This document shows, in pieces, positions 58,593-64,000 of a DNA stretch of 64,000 bases. A program made the translations under genes and the position numbers. The notes under the pieces were generated by a model, which ran no database searches, was not told the origin of the DNA, and worked only from the letters and a program-made list of their open reading frames with translations. Source of the DNA: Gammaproteobacteria bacterium (GTDB lineage Bacteria; Pseudomonadota; Gammaproteobacteria; Steroidobacterales; Rariloculaceae); the NCBI GenBank assembly GCA_050485685.1, contig JBJHBW010000002.1, positions 86,680-150,679 of the forward strand, given 5' to 3'. Within the stretch, counting starts at the first letter, position 1. Every line of letters starts with the position of its first letter.

Positions 58593-59615
58593 TCAGTCGT
58601 AGCTCAGCGTCGACGCCTTGCCGCCGAAGATGCGGTAGGCAAACACCGTGTAGCCGATGATCATGGGCAGAACGATCGCCGTGCCGACGAAGATGATCAG
58701 CAGCGATTCGGCAGACGCCGCGGCGTCCCATATCGTGACCTGCTCCACGACCAGGTAGGGAAACAGACTGTAGGCCAGTCCGTAGAATGCGAGCAGGAAG
58801 ATGCCTATGGTCGCACCGAAAGGCACCCACGCACCGTATTCGTTGTTCTCCTGCAGCCGTTTCGGCAGCCGCCTGAGGCTGCGCTCGACGATAAAGAACA
58901 GCGTGGCAGTCGCCAGCGGCACCGGAGCGAGCAGCACGATATAGGGCAGCGAGAACCACTTCGCGAAGATGCGTTCGGAAAGCAGTGGCGTCGCCAGTGA
59001 GATCGCGACCACACCAAGTGCGGTAAACCACAACGCAATGCGTGCCCAGCGCACGGCTTTGCGCTGCAGGTCACCCTCTGTCTTGATGATGAGCCAGCCG
59101 GCGCCAAGCAGCGCGTAGCCGGCCGCGAGGCAGGCTCCGATCAGCAGTGAGAACAGGTGTGCGCCCAGACTGTTGTCGAATCCCATGATCAGAAGGCCCA
59201 GCATGTGACCCTGGGCCAGCGACGCCATCAGCGAGCCGGCAAAGAACGCGCGGTTCCAGGCAACGCGGTGATGCGCGCGCGCCTTGACGCGAAAGTCGAA
59301 CGCAACGCCGCGCAGGATCAGCCCCACCAGCATCACCACCACAGGCAGGTACAGCGCGCCCAGGATGATGCCGTGTGCCATCGGGAACGCGACCAGCAGC
59401 ACGCCAACGCCCAGCACCAGCCAGGTTTCGTTGGCGTCCCAGAACGGGCCTATGGAGGCGATCATCATGTCCTTGTCGCGATCGTCCACGGCCGGAATCA
59501 GGAGGCCCACGCCGAGATCGAATCCGTCCAGAATCACGTAGGCCAGCATGGCCAGACCCATGACCGCAACGAATGCCAGCGGCAGCCAGCCTTCAGGTGT
59601 CGTCAGCTCAGGCAT
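58593..59615 (-). CDS. cydB: Cytochrome bd oxidase subunit II
   Basis: YVILDGFDLGVG, PFWDANETWLV, RGVAFDFR. Confidence 0.93.
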   Translation of the reverse strand: MPELTTPEGWLPLAFVAVMGLAMLAYVILDGFDLGVGLLIPAVDDRDKDMMIASIGPFWDANETWLVLGVGVLLVAFPMAHGIILGALYLPVVVMLVGLILRGVAFDFRVKARAHHRVAWNRAFFAGSLMASLAQGHMLGLLIMGFDNSLGAHLFSLLIGACLAAGYALLGAGWLIIKTEGDLQRKAVRWARIALWFTALGVVAISLATPLLSERIFAKWFSLPYIVLLAPVPLATATLFFIVERSLRRLPKRLQENNEYGAWVPFGATIGIFLLAFYGLAYSLFPYLVVEQVTIWDAAASAESLLIIFVGTAIVLPMIIGYTVFAYRIFGGKASTLSYD

Positions 59616-61011
59616 GGTGGCGCTCCTGCTCATCGTCCGGCGAGACGTAAGGCATCACTGGCGGCCCTTCGGCGGCGGCGCGACTGCGACTGCCGAAAGG
59701 CGGCGCGTGTCGCGCCTTGCCGGCCATGTGAAACAGCACGCTGATGTAGGCGGCGATCAGCACCGCATAGACGAACAGATAGATCGTGAGACTGAGCCCT
59801 ATCATCGGCGCCGGTACATCGGAGGCCGCATCGGAAGTGGCCAGCACACCCTGCACCAGCCACGGCTGGCGACCGATCTCGGTGGTATACCAGCCGGCCA
59901 GTACGGCCACCCAGCCGGAGAAACTCATCCAGGCCAGCGTGCGCAGCATGCGGGGCGATGGCTCGCCGCCGCCTCTGGACTGCCACAGCGACCACCAGCT
60001 CACGACCAGCATGGCCAGGCCCACGGCGATCATGATGCGAAAAGCCCAGAACACCGCTGCGACCGGCGGATGCTCGCCCATGAACTCGTTGAGGCCCTGC
60101 ACCTCGCCGTCGAGGTCGTGCGTCAGGATCAGTGACGCCATCTTTGGCAGCGTGACGGCAAAGCGGGTCGTGCGCTCACGTTCGTCCGGCAGGCCGACAA
60201 TCGTGAACGGTGCGCCGCGCTGCGTCTCCCACAGGCCCTCCATTGCAGCCACTTTGGCTGGCTGGTGTTGCAGCGTGTTAAGGCCGTGCAGATCGCCGAT
60301 GACGATCTGCGCTGGCATCAGAATCGCGCCCATGATCAGTCCGGTACGCAGGACGACCCGCACCGCAGCGCTTCGGTCGCCTCGCAGCCATCGCCACGCC
60401 GACAGGCCGGCCAGCAGGAACGCGACCGTCAGGAAGGAAGACAGCATCACGTGAACGAAGCGATACGGCATGGACGGATTCATCAGGATGGCCAGCCAGT
60501 CCGTGGCATGGGCTACGCCGTCGCGCATCTCGAACCCGGTGGGCGTGTGCATCCAGGAGTTGAGGACCAGTATCCAGAATGCCGACAGCGAGGTGCCGAC
60601 CGCGACCAGCACCGTGGCCAGCGTGTGAATGCGATCGCTGACGCGCCGGTAACCGAACAGCATGATGCCGAGGAACGTGGCCTCGAGAAAGAACGCGGTG
60701 ACGACTTCGTAGGCGAGCAGTGGACCTGCAATGTTGCCCACCGTGTTCATGAAGCCGGGCCAGTTGGTGCCGAACTGGAAGCTCATCGTGATACCGCTGA
60801 CCACGCCGAGTGCAAAACTGAGTGCGAACACCTTGACCCAGAAGCCATAGGCTTCCATCCATTTCGGGTCGGCAGTCGCGTTGAAACGCAGCTTGAAGAA
60901 CAGCAGCACCCAGGCCAGTGCGATCGTGATCGACGGGAACAGGATGTGGAAACTGATGTTGGCGGCGAACTGTATGCGCGCCAGCATCACGGGATCGAGT
61001 GAGGTCTCCAT
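59608..61011 (-). CDS. cydA: Cytochrome bd oxidase subunit I (short Q-loop, CIO-like)
   Basis: ARIQFA..FHILFP, FQFGTNW, QPAKVAAMEG, EIGRQPW. Confidence 0.95.
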   Translation of the reverse strand: METSLDPVMLARIQFAANISFHILFPSITIALAWVLLFFKLRFNATADPKWMEAYGFWVKVFALSFALGVVSGITMSFQFGTNWPGFMNTVGNIAGPLLAYEVVTAFFLEATFLGIMLFGYRRVSDRIHTLATVLVAVGTSLSAFWILVLNSWMHTPTGFEMRDGVAHATDWLAILMNPSMPYRFVHVMLSSFLTVAFLLAGLSAWRWLRGDRSAAVRVVLRTGLIMGAILMPAQIVIGDLHGLNTLQHQPAKVAAMEGLWETQRGAPFTIVGLPDERERTTRFAVTLPKMASLILTHDLDGEVQGLNEFMGEHPPVAAVFWAFRIMIAVGLAMLVVSWWSLWQSRGGGEPSPRMLRTLAWMSFSGWVAVLAGWYTTEIGRQPWLVQGVLATSDAASDVPAPMIGLSLTIYLFVYAVLIAAYISVLFHMAGKARHAPPFGSRSRAAAEGPPVMPYVSPDDEQERHHA

Positions 61012-61024
61012 GACCTGAGGCTCC

Positions 61025-61648
61025 TTACAATGGCTCCGTGTCCTTACCCCCGTTCGGCAGCTCGACATTTTTTTCGGAGTTATTGTTCTTGCCGGTTACG
61101 CCGGGGCTTTCACCATCGCTGCCAACCTCGGCTTCGAGAAGCTTTCCCACCTTTCCGCCCAGCGCCATCAGGTGACTCAAGGTCTGCGGGGAAAGCTTGC
61201 GGATTTCGGCGAACCATCCGGTGATTTCTTCCATCAGCTGATACATCTCGCGCATGCGTGCCTGGGCATGACGCTCCTCCGGTGAATTCGTGTGCTCCAG
61301 CAGCGCGTCACGCAGCATGGACAGCGTGGGTTCGACCTCGCGACGCTGCCGCTCTTCCGCGAGCGTGCGGAAGATGGTCCAGATGTCCTCCGGTGCGCTG
61401 AACCATTCACGGCGATCGCCCGGACGGTGCTCCAGCCTGACCAGGCGCCAGGCCTGAAGCTCCTTCAGGCCCATTGACGTGTTGGAGCGGGAGATGCCCA
61501 GCCTGTCGGTGATCTCCTCGGCATTCAGCGGGCGGTCGGCGATGAACAGCAGCGCGTAGATCTGGCCGACCGTGCGATTGATGCCCCAGCGGCTGCCCAT
61601 TTCTCCGAAGTGCAGCACGAAGGCCTGTGACAGTGGTGGAAGGTTCAT
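61025..61648 (-). CDS. GbsR/MarR-family regulator of cydAB (CydE-like)
   Basis: FVLHFGEMGSRWGINRTVGQIYALL, SRSN.SMGLKEL. Confidence 0.9.
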   Translation of the reverse strand: MNLPPLSQAFVLHFGEMGSRWGINRTVGQIYALLFIADRPLNAEEITDRLGISRSNTSMGLKELQAWRLVRLEHRPGDRREWFSAPEDIWTIFRTLAEERQRREVEPTLSMLRDALLEHTNSPEERHAQARMREMYQLMEEITGWFAEIRKLSPQTLSHLMALGGKVGKLLEAEVGSDGESPGVTGKNNNSEKNVELPNGGKDTEPL

Positions 61649-61691
61649 GGCCGATCCCAGCGACAGGGGGCAGACAGGATTTCAGCTGATT

Positions 61692-61721
61692 CAGTCATTT
61701 CAGTGATTTCTGAAATGACTG
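61692..61721. promoter_or_regulatory. Perfect inverted repeat, likely GbsR-type operator
   Basis: CAGTCATTTCAG-TGATTT-CTGAAATGACTG, 44 bp upstream of regulator start. Confidence 0.75.
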
Positions 61722-61818
61722 CAGGATGGTAGCAGCCGGAGGCATGCTTTGCCAGCGCTGGAAGCGCGGCTTACGGGTGCGCAGGCACCAGGCGTCGCTG
61801 TCTTTCGCCGGACAGGCG

Positions 61819-62253
61819 CTAGCGGTCGATCAGCGCCTTCAGTTCCCGCGCCTGGGATGCGACGGCCTGACTGGCCTCGCGCAGCGCTTCGGCGGATGTC
61901 GAGTCGTGTGCCGCCGAATCCAGAAGCTCGGACAGGCGCTGCTGCTCGGCCGCGAAACGCTCCAGCAGCGCATGCATGCCGGCCGCATCCAGCAGGCCCG
62001 CGACCTGATCGGCCAGGCTGTGCACGCCGGCCGCTTCCGGGTCCGGTACCCGGGGCAGCAGATCACGCTCGCGTATCAGCTGTTCCAGTTCATCTCCGAT
62101 CCTGTCGTGCCGATCCGCCTGCGCGGACAGGACATCACGCACCGCTTCGGTCTCGATCTGTCGCTGCACGGCATCGCGCAGGCGCTGTGCCAGCTCGCGG
62201 GACAGACTTGCCGCTTCCAGAAGATCGGCATCACTTGCGGACAGCAGACTCAC
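61819..62253 (-). CDS. Hypothetical helical (ferritin-like?) protein
   Basis: 144 aa all-helical, LPRVPDPE turn; in operon with lipid kinase. Confidence 0.6.
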   Translation of the reverse strand: MSLLSASDADLLEAASLSRELAQRLRDAVQRQIETEAVRDVLSAQADRHDRIGDELEQLIRERDLLPRVPDPEAAGVHSLADQVAGLLDAAGMHALLERFAAEQQRLSELLDSAAHDSTSAEALREASQAVASQARELKALIDR

Positions 62254-62274
62254 GATGTTGCAACCCTCATTGCG

Positions 62275-63153
62275 CTATGGCGCGTATATGGTCAATGCAC
62301 CCGGCCGCGACGAACACCTGACCGGCGTACGCGTCAGGAACTCGCCGTCTGCAGTCACTTCCAGCGGCGTATCGGTCTGGATGCTCAGTGTGCTGCAGCG
62401 CACGTGTGTAATCGTATCCGCGGCATAGGTGTCGCCGCTGCGCAGTCGCAGTGCATCACGCAACAGGCTGAGCCGTCCCTGCCGGCAGACCATGATCGCG
62501 TCCAGCAGCCCGTCGTCAAGCTTTGCGTCATAGGCGATCGTCATCCCGCCGCCGTAGTGAATGCCGTTGGCGACGGTGATCTGTATGCAGGCAAGCCTGT
62601 GCTCGATGTCGTCGGTACGCAGTACGGCATGGAAATGCTTCTCCCTGCGCAATGCCCGCAGCACGCCGATCAGATAGGCGAACACGCCATATGTCGCCTT
62701 GGTCTCACCGTCCATGTGACGGGTCATGCGCGGCCCCAACCCCATGCCTATCGCGTTGATGAAAGTGACATCGTTGGCCTGTCCCACGTCTATACGCCGC
62801 GTGCGGCCCGCAAGAATCACATCCAGCGCGCCATCGATGTCGGCGGGAATCTCAAGCGACCTCGCAAGATCATTGGCAGTCCCAAGCGGCAGGATGCCCA
62901 GCGGCAGGCCGCTCTCGAGCACCGCATCCAGGGCAAGATTGATAGTGCCGTCGCCGCCGCCCAGTACGATGCGGTCGGCATCGGCAGCGCACTCGCGAAT
63001 CAGCGCCGGCAGCTCAGTCGGTTTCTCAGGCTGGCGGAACTGCACCGGACCTGATTCGCGCAAACGCTGCTTCAGCGCATCGAGCGTGTCATCGCCGGAG
63101 CGACTGCCGGGATTCGTGACCAGCAGCGTGCGCATGGTGTCAGGCATCCGCAT
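62275..63153 (-). CDS. Diacylglycerol/lipid kinase (YegS/DAGK family)
   Basis: NPGS, GGGDGT, PLGTANDLAR, NGIHYGGG, ADGE. Confidence 0.9.
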   Translation of the reverse strand: MRMPDTMRTLLVTNPGSRSGDDTLDALKQRLRESGPVQFRQPEKPTELPALIRECAADADRIVLGGGDGTINLALDAVLESGLPLGILPLGTANDLARSLEIPADIDGALDVILAGRTRRIDVGQANDVTFINAIGMGLGPRMTRHMDGETKATYGVFAYLIGVLRALRREKHFHAVLRTDDIEHRLACIQITVANGIHYGGGMTIAYDAKLDDGLLDAIMVCRQGRLSLLRDALRLRSGDTYAADTITHVRCSTLSIQTDTPLEVTADGEFLTRTPVRCSSRPGALTIYAP

Positions 63154-63973
63154 TGCCTCCCGGAAATTTCTCTATACGACGGAACGCGGCGTTGAACAGA
63201 CAGTAGATGCCGTAGGCGACCAGTCCGGAAGACAGAAGTCCCAGCAGCACGCTGCCGAACTCCTCGGTGCTGATGCGCCACAGGGCCGTTGCCAGATCCA
63301 TGATCTCATCTTCCGAGCGGAACCAGCCGGCGCGCACCACCTGCCAGCCCAGCATCAGGAAGATCACGGCGCGCATGCCGATGCCATAGCTCGATATCAG
63401 GGCCATCAGCGGATGTCCGTATATCAGCGGGCCGGCATCGAACCACCTGGCGCGAAACGGCTGTGCCCAGGCGCGATACAGCTGATAGATCCCGGTCAGG
63501 ATGATGCCTGTGCCCAGCATCATCAGCAGCAGATACCCGCCGGGAAGCGCCACGATCATGTCGGTTGCATCGTCCGCGGAGCGTCCGCTTCCCAGCAGCC
63601 CGGTCACGGCACTGATGATGCTGATCAGCACTGTCGTATAAAGACCCGCGCTTATCAGGAAACCGGCGCGCTGTATCACGGCCAGCGGGCCATAGCCCTT
63701 CTCGGCCGGATCGACCAGTGCCTGATAGATGCGCCAGCTCACGTGTGCGGCCAGTCCCGCCGCCATCAATCCGAAGAACACACGGCCGGGAAACGTCCTG
63801 CCCAGTGTGTGTATCGCGCCATTCGTGCCGGTGATCACACCGCCGGAGAAGCCGAACACGGCCAGCAGTGCCAGACCCCCGACGGCGAGAAACACACAGC
63901 CCTTGGCCACATAGCCTGTACGTGCCAGCAGCTCGATCAGGCCTCGACCGGCCAGCGCCATGGGGCGCATCAT
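63140..63973 (-). CDS. DUF1206 membrane protein
   Basis: LARTGYVAKG.V repeat units, G..LL....GLVAYG.Y. Confidence 0.8.
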   Translation of the reverse strand: MMRPMALAGRGLIELLARTGYVAKGCVFLAVGGLALLAVFGFSGGVITGTNGAIHTLGRTFPGRVFFGLMAAGLAAHVSWRIYQALVDPAEKGYGPLAVIQRAGFLISAGLYTTVLISIISAVTGLLGSGRSADDATDMIVALPGGYLLLMMLGTGIILTGIYQLYRAWAQPFRARWFDAGPLIYGHPLMALISSYGIGMRAVIFLMLGWQVVRAGWFRSEDEIMDLATALWRISTEEFGSVLLGLLSSGLVAYGIYCLFNAAFRRIEKFPGGNADA

Positions 63974-64000
63974 CCGCGGCGCAGCCAGGATGGCGCGAAG

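Overview
GC-rich chromosomal window, probably from a gammaproteobacterium (inferred from gene order such as dapF-DUF484-xerC-hslVU and rhodanese-grxC-secB-gpsA). Bases 1-13.7 kb are a defence island: a HigA/IrrE peptidase tail, type I R-M hsdS and hsdR, a RloC-like zinc-hook ABC-ATPase/HEPN protein, a truncated UvrD-type helicase, two near-identical Rpn/DUF4351 nucleases around an orphan hicB, a NucS-like/DUF4268 nuclease, a membrane Mrr-like nuclease and a third Rpn tail. All three Rpn loci carry an in-frame internal SD+ATG, which suggests intragenic antitoxins, one of them stand-alone. The remainder is mostly core genes (ubiB/J/E/D/K, hslUV, xerC, dapF, hemXY, comM, galE, tRNA-Arg, envC/ctpA, grxC, secB, gpsA, regulator-cydAB). 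These are interspersed with uncharacterised exported-protein modules: a DUF1592 cytochrome-DUF1552-MBL-ankyrin operon, a G8 beta-helix protein with Gly/Phe/Pro inserts, SRPBCC plus cytochrome c, and a 470-aa unknown. Family calls come from motif recognition by eye; no database search was run.
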